A stretch of DNA of 64,000 nucleotides from an uncultured Nitrososphaerales archaeon (GCA_963709405.1 CAVPXM010000053.1:107154-171153); one strand, 5' to 3'. Positions 13,201-23,073 are shown, counted from the stretch's first letter. Notes: generated by a model from the letters alone, not told the origin. Made by a program: numbers and translations.

Positions 13201-13822
13201 AATAAATTTGCGTGCCGTCGAAAGTTATGGACAGGTAGTAGATGGCTACAGGGGGATGTCAACTAGAAGAAATGAATTGGAAACTGAACGTAATTCCATT
13301 ATTAGTTTCATAGAAGAAACGGTCAAAGAAAAAAAGGAAGTTTTCATGGATGCGTTTACGAAGGTTGATGATAATATAAGAAAAACGTTTTCAGAAATAA
13401 CTGGTGGCTCAGCCAGGCTTGAATTGGAAGATGCAGATGATATATCCAGTGGCATCCTGTTGATGGTTCAGTTTCCTGGTAAAAACGCACGTGAATCTAC
13501 GTCCTTATCTGGTGGAGAAAAGACTATGGCCGCGACTATATTCCTGCTAGCCCTCCAGTCGCTTAGACCGTCTCCATTCTACATAATGGACGAGGTAGAT
13601 GCGCACCTCGATGCGGAAAATACCGATAGACTATCCAAAGTATTAGTACAGAGATCAAAGGATAGCCAAATAATTATGGTCACATTGAAGGATTCGATCG
13701 TTGCTGAAGCGAGCCTGGTTTATGGGGTCTATCCCAAGGGTGGTGTATCACAAGTCATAAAGTACAATCAACAAAATAAACTACCCATAACAGAAATAAG
13801 ATCCAACATAACTAAGGCCTAA
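10268..13822 (+). CDS. smc: chromosome segregation ATPase SMC
   Basis: GFKSF, Walker A GPNGSGKS, Q-loop, long coiled coils, hinge (GIKGLVHE), LSGGEK signature, Walker B/D-loop MDEVDAHLD. Confidence 0.97.
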   Translation: MVHIKKLEIYGFKSFGLKNTSLNFGKGLVAVTGPNGSGKSNIMDAILFAMGENSPKAMRVDRFQSLFHDNQSTSSGLIRVSLSFDNTDRGIPVDFDSVTLTREMEGRTGDSQYYLNGKKVTKFTITELLEIVMGASNKLNIVQQGMITRISELNLDERRKIIEDIVGLSYFDEKKTEAVKHLEEADRRLEVAFAKIGEIRKRIDELEAERNDQLRYGQLEKEITKFKAVKLSNTLRSIRDRTEARKKVLDSTKVHISELSLKLEEVQSKIEKINTEKIRFIQDVDAANKVKAKIGSRLASIVYEAERKKALLKETEQRINYLDKRIPLLKTEKHSYDEKIVKGKSDLHQINLVMNDKRESLSKLRSELEKVNSKIDEITSMANAVRDSTSKLESKYKKLQNIKNNIEVSRTRIEEKTRLNQERGKEYIEKISLLAERIQKDKTSLNICVEVRDSEMANLDSMFTLQKDLEKLEISYEDGLSKSGEVLSRAKNTTSRYEAKTTIAKDVMNEDFAVAELMPKYDQFGIKGLVHEVLNWDRAYERAVLAAGSDWMKAFVVDSVRSMISIVQYAKSRQLPRLRIIPLSVLNHTQKNIISKKDRRDITGIIGNLSDFIKSDYSKLVRFIFGSTFLVRTPSLAYLLAKRGYRVVSISGELFESDVTSMSVDFGSKISDLTEAILLGDSIGIMRRQLTSLDDLIRKKTIDHDSIASKLRELEPSVIRGEAKIGNVNNELAYLQNSVADTEASLSQLNANYGIILSENNQLTYELEKYQTRLAILTSTMDRITQQLKINEDSVYKNELVEVGSRKTQIIKLIENFDFELRELITSSTSSKIDLDNYVERANSGDEEMRQLESEVHEKNGQLLGLRKIVQSVESEIQTCRDQEQQTIDASGASYTILQEYEAQIRLLMEDEKKLSKEINALERDFVVNQKDVSNLNNEELEHYNELNDLGYKNLLDSFDVDVAIKELNIEYEKIRNTINLRAVESYGQVVDGYRGMSTRRNELETERNSIISFIEETVKEKKEVFMDAFTKVDDNIRKTFSEITGGSARLELEDADDISSGILLMVQFPGKNARESTSLSGGEKTMAATIFLLALQSLRPSPFYIMDEVDAHLDAENTDRLSKVLVQRSKDSQIIMVTLKDSIVAEASLVYGVYPKGGVSQVIKYNQQNKLPITEIRSNITKA

Positions 13823-14349
13823 ATTTGCTTTCTAATATCTTGTTAATTCACTTCATTATTTGTGATAAAATTCAACATAGTCATTGAATAGAGTTGGATG
13901 GATAAGATCTATTAGTACGATTGGTACGATTTGGCTTTTCCAGATATGTGAAATTTGAGCAGATAAATGCCGTCCCTAACAACACGATCCTTAGTCTTAC
14001 TGAATCATGATTTTCATTTGCCTTTGTTCAATGGTCCTACTAAAAACACATAATGCTCCTCGAGATGAATTTCTATCATAACCAGTAAAGGAATAATCAG
14101 CACAACTTAAGTTGGTCATGGTAGATTGCAAGATAAGATTATAACTTTAATCCAATTCAGTTAGACAATTATCATCCCACTAGCGACAAGATAATTCTAA
14201 AGCTTCTGGCGGCTCATTTTGTTAGGAAGATAGTTAATCTATTCTAAGGTTTGGAGAAAGCTGTTCAACATCGTAAAGGGAAATCCGATTCAGGAGTATT
14301 CGAGCTTTTGTCATCATATAAATAATGTAAGTAATAGTATGAGCTTAGA

Positions 14350-14476
14350 GCGGGGGTCGCCAAGCCCGGTCAACGGCGTGAGACAATTCTTACTTATGCA
14401 CGGAGCTCAGAGGTTATTAATTGACTGGGATACCTCATCCCTTAGGGGTTCGTGGGTTCGAATCCCACCTCCCGCA
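14350..14476 (+). tRNA. tRNA-Leu(CAG) with two introns (14383-14404 at 30/31; 14412-14431 at 37/38)
   Basis: Acceptor GCGGGGG/CTCCCGC-A, D arm GCC/GGC, spliced anticodon stem TGAGG/CCTCA with loop CTCAGAA, long variable arm, T arm GTGGG-TTCGAAT-CCCAC. Both introns form BHB motifs. Confidence 0.9.
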
Positions 14477-14674
14477 ACTTCTTGTTATTGATTGAATTTT
14501 TATGACATAATCATCTCATATTACGATGAGCTAAATACCATTTGGAGTTTGTGCTTGTAGGGAAGAAATTGTCGGTTGGCTGGCAGTGGATCAGTATCAA
14601 AGTATATGATCTTTTCTATCTTGAATGAGATCGATAGGTTAACAAACTTCTTTAGCCTACAAGTTACTGCACAT

Positions 14675-15496
14675 TTGATTCAGAAGGTTATCTTTACCGA
14701 TATAGATGGTACCATAGTAGACATTGAGACCGGAGGATATGGAGAAACTCCTAAATTGATCCGATCGTTAGTGAGAAGTGGAATCCCTGTTATCCTGTGC
14801 TCTGCAAAAACACTGACCGAACAAATTCAGGTCAGAAAATATATTGGATTGGACGATCCATTCATCGTCGAGAATGGCGGCGCCATAATAATTAGAAGAG
14901 ACTATTTTGATCTTTCATATATCATTGATAAATATAATGTCAAGGTCCATGGAGAAGATCATATTATTGAGCTTGGGAAACCAGCCAAGCAAATTAGAGG
15001 AATACTCAATGATATCAGGAAGAAATTTAAGATAGATTTTAAAGGTGTCGGAGACACATCGATTGAAGAACTAAGCAATATTACGAAGCTGAGTGCTGAG
15101 CAGGCGATAGGAATGGCTAATAGGGAATATGGTGAAACTATCCTACAGATAAAGAAACAAGATTTGGCTAGGTTTACTAGGTTATGCCTAAAGATGGGCC
15201 TAAATCTAATACATGGTGGAAGGTTTTTTGATGTAACAATGGGAAATGATAAGGGAAAAGCTGTTGAAATATTAATCAATCTTTTTAAGAAAAAGTACGA
15301 TTACGACGTAACCTTTTTTGGCATAGGCGATAGCGAAAACGACGCATCAATGCTAGAACTTGTGGGCCATCCAATATTGGTTCAAAGACAAGACGGTTCT
15401 TGGTCTAACATCAGAGGTAAAGAAATTCTTAGAATTCCTGGGATAGGTCCAAGGGGATGGGCTCTCGCGTATGATATAATTTCTGGAGAATCTTAA
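14675..15496 (+). CDS. mpgP: mannosyl-3-phosphoglycerate phosphatase-like HAD-IIB hydrolase
   Basis: FTDIDGT, CSAKT, IVENGG, REYGE, GGRF, DKGKA, GDSENDASML, GPRGW motifs of MpgP/YedP. Start probably TTG 14675. Confidence 0.85.
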   Translation: MIQKVIFTDIDGTIVDIETGGYGETPKLIRSLVRSGIPVILCSAKTLTEQIQVRKYIGLDDPFIVENGGAIIIRRDYFDLSYIIDKYNVKVHGEDHIIELGKPAKQIRGILNDIRKKFKIDFKGVGDTSIEELSNITKLSAEQAIGMANREYGETILQIKKQDLARFTRLCLKMGLNLIHGGRFFDVTMGNDKGKAVEILINLFKKKYDYDVTFFGIGDSENDASMLELVGHPILVQRQDGSWSNIRGKEILRIPGIGPRGWALAYDIISGES

Positions 15497-15697
15497 TAGA
15501 TCATTTCAGAATACCGATTTTATATAGTGAAAAGCTTTTGGTGTCAGTCGGGATCTAAATAACCATTCATTATTCGAATTAGAGCGAATAATTTGACACA
15601 TATTCAAGGCATTTTAAATTATTATTACTTTATATCGCCATTTCTCCTTAACGTAGGAAGATATAAAGATATATTATCGCCTTAAGGATTTGGTTTC

Positions 15698-15821
15698 AGC
15701 GGGGTGGGGAAGCCAGTTCAATAAACTGAGGCTAGGTTATCCCGGCGGGCTCATAACCCGCAGAGCGGTTACCGCAATTGCATATCGCATGCGGCTGCAG
15801 GTTCAAATCAACCCCCCGCTA
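15698..15821 (+). tRNA. initiator tRNA-Met(CAT) with two non-canonical introns (15717-15735 at 18/19; 15771-15800 at 52/53)
   Basis: A1-T72 acceptor AGCGGGG/CCCCGCT-A, anticodon arm GCGGG-CTCATAA-CCCGC with three G-C pairs; after splicing, D loop AGCCAGGTTA and T arm GGTTG-TTCAAAT-CAACC. Confidence 0.92.
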
Positions 15822-15986
15822 ATTAACGTATTCATCATATGAAATATTCTAAAAAGCCTATGAAAACATTTTGATTGAAGATTTACAAAGATTTATGATT
15901 TATGATTCGTAATAATATTCTGTTATTGCGTCGATTTGCGGCATCATATTGATTAATCGTGTCCGAATGATAATAATGAAGCACAT

Positions 15987-16403
15987 TTATTCATACAATT
16001 CGGATAATAGTCCCTCCTTTAATATCGTCTTTCTTAACTCCTTTGCTAAGTCAGTAACGGTAACAATTCCTACAATTCTTCCACTTTCAATTACGGGCAA
16101 TCGTCGGATCTTGTGATTGACCATTCTTTGTACCGCAACCTCAATTGGAGTATTGGGAGTTGCATATGTTCGAATTTTCGACATGATGTCAACTATATTA
16201 ACTTTAGATGGTTGTAAATCCCTGCAGCAAATTTTGCTGACAATATCTCTTTCCGTAATGATGCCTATAGGCTCCTGATTGTTCTCTACGATTAATGAAC
16301 TAATACCATGATCACTCATCAGCTTGACTGCATCTAAACCAGTTTTTTCTTGTTTTATAGTTACTATTTTTTTAGTCATTATATTTTGGATAATTTTTGA
16401 CAC
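15987..16403 (-). CDS. CBS-domain pair protein
   Basis: two CBS repeats (HGISSLIV..GIITERDI; KIRRLPV..GIVTVTDL). Confidence 0.9.
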   Translation of the reverse strand: MSKIIQNIMTKKIVTIKQEKTGLDAVKLMSDHGISSLIVENNQEPIGIITERDIVSKICCRDLQPSKVNIVDIMSKIRTYATPNTPIEVAVQRMVNHKIRRLPVIESGRIVGIVTVTDLAKELRKTILKEGLLSELYE

Positions 16404-16964
16404 ATATTCATGTAGGCTCTTTGGGATAAAAATATTAATTCTATATTTACTCGCTTTAACGAGAGCACGGCATGGGGTTTGCCAATAATGAATTTTCCCG
16501 AGGTACAGCTCCTGATCGGAGAGAGATATTTCTACCTAACTACTGAAAAAGCTGTTGTGTATCTGTTTTGCAAAGCCCCACCTGTCGCCGCCTCACAATT
16601 CGAATTCGGATTTCGGATTTCAAATTATCATGAAAATCCTCACATTTAGTCGTTTTAATATTTTTGTCTTGTCATTTTGAAATTTGAATATAATAATAAC
16701 TAAGATTTTTATGCATTGAATAGAAAAATTATTCAACTACTCTTCAGATTGAATCAATCAAATCGCAGGTTAACTACCACGAGACTGTCTAGACTATCTT
16801 TGTTGAAGTTACGGTGTGATCTTGTGGGAAACGTCATCATATTTGGTTAAGAGTGTTCTCATTTTGTCACTAAATATTCTCCTAACACAATAAAATAAGT
16901 GTGTGCTCGCAAACAAACCTAGCTCCTTGTACTACTACCAGTAGATTAGGGTGCACTCGTACTC

Positions 16965-17285
16965 CTAGAAGTTGTACTGGTGTGATGTGCCGATACCCTT
17001 TGCCTGATCATAGCAATCTCGGATTATTCTTGCGTTCAAGCCAATAGATTGCTTACTTGCAGTTGATACACTGGTAACGAAATTTTTGAGGTCCTTTTTA
17101 CTAAGTGCGTTGGGGTCAGAACTGCTACTAGAACTATTCTTACTACTGCCACCCTTACTATTGTCACTACTCCTGTCATTGCTGCCATTGGTAGTGCCAC
17201 TACTGGCAGCCATTGCCGACTTCACAAAAGAGGCTGCTGTGACAATGGACAAGCCTATACCCACTACAGCCAGGAGAGATAACAT
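16965..17285 (-). CDS. secreted Ser/Gly/Asn-rich hypothetical protein
   Basis: signal peptide ending AMA, low-complexity linker, short helical C-terminus. Confidence 0.6.
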   Translation of the reverse strand: MLSLLAVVGIGLSIVTAASFVKSAMAASSGTTNGSNDRSSDNSKGGSSKNSSSSSSDPNALSKKDLKNFVTSVSTASKQSIGLNARIIRDCYDQAKGIGTSHQYNF

Positions 17286-17380
17286 TGGGCCTTAGACATA
17301 TAAGTTGGGGATAGTAATAATTCTATTAATCATTACTTAACATCGTTAAAGCACAGAAAATTTCATCTCAACATACTTTT

Positions 17381-17414
17381 TATCTAACAAGATGCATTAT
17401 CTAACAAGATACAT
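17381..17414. repeat. 17-bp tandem direct repeat
   Basis: TATCTAACAAGATGCAT TATCTAACAAGATACAT (one mismatch). Confidence 0.7.
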
Positions 17415-17611
17415 ATTCCCCATGCCGTAAAGAAAGTTGCAGAATATGTATGTATGTCAGTTGTTTTAAAGCATAATCTGGAAAAAATGACAGAGTGCGT
17501 ATTGTGATAGGCATGGAGGGATCGTATTATTCTTTTCATAAATATCCAATATCATAACAGAGAAGAGTTAGTATCATATTTAATTATGAGTTTATCAGAT
17601 ATAATAATAGT

Positions 17612-17761
17612 ATGGGTTTTGCAGCCTCCTCTTCTGATAAGCCGTCTAAACAAGAACGTTGCAGTCTTTGCGGAAGAGTTTTTAATAATGCTGAGGACTT
17701 GAACGCACATAAACAACTGGATCACAGCGAACACAGCCATGAGCCTGCCGGGGTAAGCTAG
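17612..17761 (+). CDS. 49-aa C2H2 zinc-finger microprotein (not in ORF track)
   Basis: Manual translation MGFAASSSDKPSKQERCSLCGRVFNNAEDLNAHKQLDHSEHSHEPAGVS: C-x2-C-x3-F-x5-L-x2-H-x4-H. Confidence 0.8.
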   Translation: MGFAASSSDKPSKQERCSLCGRVFNNAEDLNAHKQLDHSEHSHEPAGVS

Positions 17762-17930
17762 ACGATCACGGGCTATCACCGTATTTCTTTTGGCCGAAGA
17801 TATTGAATGTCAGTTGTATGATTCTAAGGCATCAATTAAAATCCTTTAACGCCCAAGAATTTATTGATTCAAGGTCAATTTATTCAACGCACATGATGAA
17901 TAGTAAGAACACCCAAAAATGCCAAAGCAT

Positions 17931-18686
17931 CTATCGGCTATACTTTTTTAATGCTTCGATTACCCATTCAACTTCTTCCTTAGTCTTTACAAGGCGACCG
18001 ATCTTCATGCAATCCCGAATGTCTTTTGATCTCATTTTATGCCATACTGCATTTGCGACCGTAGTCGCTATTTCACTAGAAATACCAGAGTTAACGAGCA
18101 AATGAGTGGCGACCTTTTGAAAATCTTCGAATTTATATTGTTTAAAATGTAGCACAACAAACCGTGACAGTAATGGGGTTAACATCCTTTCGGTTCCATT
18201 ACTAGTTGCAAAGACCCACGTTTTGAGTTGAGTTTTGCGGACCTTTTGAAATTTTGTTTCAGCAATAATTCCAGTTTCCATCAAACTTAAAAGCGCAGTT
18301 TGATCTCTTATTGGCATATGCTCGATTTCATCGACAATTAAATATCGAGGACGTGCTTCAAACAAATAGTCCATCATTCCTGATTTTGTACTTTGACTTC
18401 CAATCGTAAAGTGTGAACGTTCAAGTTTAATGCATTCTAACATAAAGAGAGTTTTCGCCGATGCTGGTGGGCCCACCAATAATATATGTACCGGTACTTC
18501 CGAAAATAATGATAATTTGAATAATCTCTTTACGTCATTATAGCCTATAATATTATCAAACAGTTCCGCGATAATTCCGTTAGGATCATCAGTAGCAGAG
18601 ATATTAACCGCAGTACCAGTGGATTTATGATTAGTGGCCTCATCCATTTGAGGCCATAAATCATCAACATTATCTCCATTCAACAT
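17931..18686 (-). CDS. stand-alone AAA+ ATPase (MCM/MoxR-like core)
   Basis: HILLVGPPASAKT Walker A, LIVDEIEHM Walker B, FATSN sensor 1, LLSRF arginine finger. Confidence 0.85.
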   Translation of the reverse strand: MLNGDNVDDLWPQMDEATNHKSTGTAVNISATDDPNGIIAELFDNIIGYNDVKRLFKLSLFSEVPVHILLVGPPASAKTLFMLECIKLERSHFTIGSQSTKSGMMDYLFEARPRYLIVDEIEHMPIRDQTALLSLMETGIIAETKFQKVRKTQLKTWVFATSNGTERMLTPLLSRFVVLHFKQYKFEDFQKVATHLLVNSGISSEIATTVANAVWHKMRSKDIRDCMKIGRLVKTKEEVEWVIEALKKYSR

Positions 18687-18831
18687 GGTTCAGTACTAAT
18701 TACGGCTATTATAGGTGTTACTGACTGATGCTCTCGTGTGGTCCATCATACTGGATATTATTTTCGAACAACGAAACGATTTCACAAATTGATTCTTAAT
18801 TTTTCATCTTTACAGGTTATGAACCGATCTT

Positions 18832-19359
18832 TCATGTTTTTCCGATAGCCAAAGTAATATTTTCCCTATCTCTAAACACATGATTTCTAAAATCATCCGG
18901 TGGCGTTATTGCCTTTCCATCCACAATAACCTGCACGGCCTTATTATTCAAATTCAATCCCCATATACTTAAGAATTGACCCAATGTATAGTTTCGATTA
19001 ACGGTAGATTCTACGTGGATGGTCCCGCTTCTATCGTGAGTATGTATTGGGGCAATTTCCGGAGTACTATATTTATCTAGGGAATGATCCTTATAAAGTG
19101 ATGAATTGATGCCAATGCCTTGTGGGACATTGGTTGGTTTCCCATCAATTGTCATATTAAGATGAGGATGAATATGATATACAATCTTAGCGCCCAAACC
19201 ATGTTCTTGAGCCTGAGTCGCAATAATTAATCCCAAAACAATTACTGCAGTACCAATAGGAATTCCAATGATCTTCAAGTATCTATTTCTCTTACGCCGA
19301 TTGATTGAGATGTAACTGTCATCTCTTTTCTTATTATTATTATGGTTCTTGTGGCTCAT
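18832..19359 (-). CDS. membrane-anchored protein with His motifs (putative metal-binding)
   Basis: basic N-terminus, one TM helix, HIHPHL, VPQGIGI, IHTHDRSGTIHVES, YTLGQFLSIWG. Confidence 0.8.
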   Translation of the reverse strand: MSHKNHNNNKKRDDSYISINRRKRNRYLKIIGIPIGTAVIVLGLIIATQAQEHGLGAKIVYHIHPHLNMTIDGKPTNVPQGIGINSSLYKDHSLDKYSTPEIAPIHTHDRSGTIHVESTVNRNYTLGQFLSIWGLNLNNKAVQVIVDGKAITPPDDFRNHVFRDRENITLAIGKT

Positions 19360-19804
19360 CAGTGCAAAATCGTATGTTATTACAGCCTATTATAGCTTAT
19401 CTCGCTGTCAAGTTCAGGGATTTGTGAAATAATGAAGACTCTTATCACATTCTAAATATCAAAAGTAAAGAAATGCTACTAGGCGTTAAAATCAAGAAAA
19501 GGTCCCTCGAGATGGAAACTCAAATCTTCCGAATATCTTTGATCTGTTGAGTTGAGTTTACATGATTTGTTTTTGATATAGTGTGTTTGTTTGACCTTGT
19601 GTATAAACGATAGTTATCTTGATATCAAATTAGATATTACTGTAGATATCAACAATATTGACCTTATCCAACTTTGATAGATACCTTAGAGGCTATCGTG
19701 AATTAGCGACTGCTGAAAGTAGCATCTCAAGCAAATAATTTATGTACGTATACGCAACATAAGGCCAATGTAAATTATCCTCTCTAAGTCACAATAAAAC
19801 AACC

Positions 19805-20780
19805 TCACCACCCCAAAACCCTAGCAGACTCTTTGGCAGCATCATCTAGTGCTTGTTTTGGTTGTTTGACATAAACCTCTTCAATTGCCTCTCTTATGTG
19901 TTCTGCTATTTGTGGATACTCAGCTGCAAACTGGTCTGCTCTTACCAATCGAAAGTTGGCCATTGTTGGCGTGGAAAAACACCTGGTACCCAGGACCCAC
20001 TTTGCAGCACAACAAGCTTCCTAACAGCAAACAATTTGTCTGGATTACTTTTCAGCGGTTTTATACCTGCATCGATCTGTTCTTTGATAAATTCAAGTGC
20101 TTTCATACCTGCTGAGCTATTATATGCAGGAAACCAGTAACTGCCCTTTACTGGGTGTCCATTTTTCATCACAAGTATGTCACCTCCGAGCATCCATAGA
20201 TAAGGATACCAGATATCCGGAGAATAGTTTAAACCAACAAGGGCAGCACCCGAAATTCCCATCGGTCCTAGAGCATAATTAATTTTCCTTGCGGACGCCA
20301 TATACCCATCTTTCCAAAGAATTCGGATCAACACTTACATACCATACACTTTACCTCTATACACCCCTCCATCAAAATTCGTTTGATACCAATCAGAAGA
20401 TCTACCCCAAATCTTTACATAATCTGTAAGATCTGTTAGAAAACCTCTTTGAGCAAAATCTCCAAGCCAGATTTGGTCGACAGAGATTAGATCAATAGCA
20501 CTTTTGTTACCTAACGGTCCTGGTCTGATTGTAAGGGGTTGTGGTATAACTTATTTGAATATTTAGATCAGGATGCCTTGCTTGCAATTCCTGTATCGCA
20601 GGTTGCAAGAGACCATCCCATTTTATGACGTTGCCTAGATTTATCAACCATGGCTGTAATTACAACTTGTTTTTTCTGTTGAGCTAAAACCAAGTCGGTA
20701 CGTGCGCTAGCAGAAAGAGATATTATACTCATGATTAATCCTACAACAAAGATGCCGCTAACAGTTGAGAATCTAGCCAT
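19805..20780 (-). pseudogene. fragmented sugar-type extracellular solute-binding protein (family 1)
   Basis: signal-peptide fragment 20568..20780; DLISVDQIWLGDFAQRGFLTDL near 20430-20500; WYPYLWMLGGDI..AYNSSAGMKALEF; C-terminus YPQIAEHIREAIEEV..ALDDAAKESARVLGW* ending 19805; frameshifts and internal deletion. Confidence 0.8.
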
Positions 20781-21273
20781 GAGCGAGCGTAAACGGCATT
20801 TCCCTATTAATCCTTGCTTCTTATCAGGACGATAAATCCATAAATTACCAGTACAAGGGCTTATATTTTGAATTTTTTCCCATTTAGGTAGATGACAAAA
20901 TGAATAATGAATGAATCTTTAACCTATCTTTATATCTAGGGAAATGGGATTATGTCTCAAACTTTGTAATTCAAAGGCTGAATTCTTCAAAAGATGCACG
21001 AAAGATAGATCGACAGCTTATTTTGTATAGGGTGTTAGTTTGTGGTCTTGCTTTCATCGAATTAAAGTAATGATTTTTAAATGTAGTATGTAGGATACAG
21101 GAGTGAGGTGATTTGTATTATTTTTGAACGGTGAGATAGCAAAACGAATATTCTGGAGTAGTATTGTAAACATATAGATTGGTCTCTAGTTTGAAGTTAA
21201 TATGCTCCCTAACGAAAACCTTATAGTAATACCAGGTTAGCTGATATATACAAATGAGAAGGAGGTTGTAGAG

Positions 21274-23073
21274 ATGGACTTGCTTTCCAAAAGAATAAAG
21301 GAAATCGGTGTCATTTCTATAATTCTGATTATTGCATTTTCTCTCGGTTTATTATTCTACATTCAAAGAATTACCGAAAGCGACATCAAATCTAATTTAC
21401 TTTTGCAGCAAAAACAGCGTCAGATAGGATCTACATTTGATATTTCACTACATGCCGGTTCAGACCTGGATTTAGTTGTTGGAATGCTTGATGGATTGGC
21501 CAACTCTTTTTATCTACAACGAGGGGATCTTTCTGGTGACAATGCTACGAAACTAGTAGGAGAAAAATATACCCAATTTAACAAGGTCATAAATAGACTA
21601 TTTCTTTTGGACAAAAATAATATTGTGAAACTTAGCTTTTCTCCCCCCGGGTCAGAGGGGGCCCTTTTAGGTGCGGATTATTCACTAAGGGATTGGGTGG
21701 CAGAAACAAGGACTAATCTAAAGCCCGTATTTTCCAATGGCTTTGAGAGAGAGGGAATGTACACGATTTTTATATCCTATCCAATAATTAGCAGGGAGAA
21801 TGGACAATTGCTTGGGATAATTGCAACCTCGATACCTACAGTCCCATTTTTTGCTCATTACGGAAATGTGGAGCGTATCGACACGCCGTTCTTGGTTGCG
21901 TTCGACACAAACGGTACTATGTTGGCAAATGGTGCTAGTCAGACATTGGTAGGCCAAAATTTTTTTGGGAACTATACCCAACAGTTTATCAACCATAATT
22001 TGATCCTAAATAACCAAACCCGTGCATTGTTAGCTGGTAATCCTGGTTCTGCAGTCTATGATTATGGGAGAGGCGAACGGTTGACTACTGGCTCGCCTAT
22101 TTTTGTGAACGGTAAGCCCACATACTTCATCCAAGTAGTAACGCCAACTTCACAAATCTACTCCACCGTAAAGGGGTTGCTTTCGACCGAAGATGCGAAG
22201 ATGTTCACACTTCTTGCAAGTACCTTTGCAGCGATATCTGTGCTAATAATATTTCTTATCAAATGGACTGGCATATTAGATACAGAGGTGAAAAGAAGAA
22301 CTAAAGAGTTGGATGAATCAAATAGACAACTTGCATTAGCCAACGAGAAACTTAAACTCCGTGATAAAATGCAGGAAGAATTTATCAATATCGCTGCTCA
22401 CGAACTAAGGACTCCTATCCAACCAATCATCGGCTTGTCCGAGGTTCTACGTTATAAAAAGCCGCAAGGGCAGTTACAATACGATCAGATGTTAGACGTA
22501 ATAATCAGAAACGCAAAAAGATTGCGAAACCTATCAGAGGATATCTTGGACGTTACAAGAATTGAGAGTCATTCACTGTTAATTAAAAAAGAGAAATTCG
22601 ATCTAAATCAGCTGATACTGAATGCTGTCACAGATTGCAAGAATTATGTTACAAACAAAAATAAAGACAATAATATAAAAATAGAACCAGTCTTTAATGG
22701 AAAAGCAGATATCTATGTAGAAGCAGATAAGAACAGAATTAATCAGGTGGTTTCAAACCTCTTAGTCAATGCTATTAAATTTACTAAAGAAGGAACTATA
22801 TCTATTACAACAGAAAAGAAAGAAGGTAACTGCCATGACCATAATAGCCGTGAGGTTGTGGTTGTCTCCATAAAGGATAGTGGTACTGGAATAGTTCCGG
22901 AGGTATTGCCTAAGCTTTTTACAAAGTTTACTTCAAACTCACAAGGAGGGACTGGATTGGGTTTATTTATATCAAGGAATATTATCGAAGCTCATGGGGG
23001 TAGAATATGGGCAGATAATAATAAAGATGGTAATGGTGCTACATTTAGCTTCTGTTTACCAACGACCGAATAG
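21274..23073 (+). CDS. membrane sensor histidine kinase with extracellular Cache domain
   Basis: TM1, Cache-like DYSLRDW, TM2, H-box AAHELRTPIQPI, N-box NLLVNAIKF, G boxes DSGTGI and GTGLGL. Confidence 0.93.
   Translation: MDLLSKRIKEIGVISIILIIAFSLGLLFYIQRITESDIKSNLLLQQKQRQIGSTFDISLHAGSDLDLVVGMLDGLANSFYLQRGDLSGDNATKLVGEKYTQFNKVINRLFLLDKNNIVKLSFSPPGSEGALLGADYSLRDWVAETRTNLKPVFSNGFEREGMYTIFISYPIISRENGQLLGIIATSIPTVPFFAHYGNVERIDTPFLVAFDTNGTMLANGASQTLVGQNFFGNYTQQFINHNLILNNQTRALLAGNPGSAVYDYGRGERLTTGSPIFVNGKPTYFIQVVTPTSQIYSTVKGLLSTEDAKMFTLLASTFAAISVLIIFLIKWTGILDTEVKRRTKELDESNRQLALANEKLKLRDKMQEEFINIAAHELRTPIQPIIGLSEVLRYKKPQGQLQYDQMLDVIIRNAKRLRNLSEDILDVTRIESHSLLIKKEKFDLNQLILNAVTDCKNYVTNKNKDNNIKIEPVFNGKADIYVEADKNRINQVVSNLLVNAIKFTKEGTISITTEKKEGNCHDHNSREVVVVSIKDSGTGIVPEVLPKLFTKFTSNSQGGTGLGLFISRNIIEAHGGRIWADNNKDGNGATFSFCLPTTE

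Noticed and set aside
11272-13455. Antisense ORFs within smc (and likewise within guaB, ths, alaS, mqnC, the kinase etc.)
   Set aside because: Shadow frames of well-supported genes
17552-17779. 75-aa minus-strand ORF
   Set aside because: Antisense shadow of the plus-strand C2H2 microprotein
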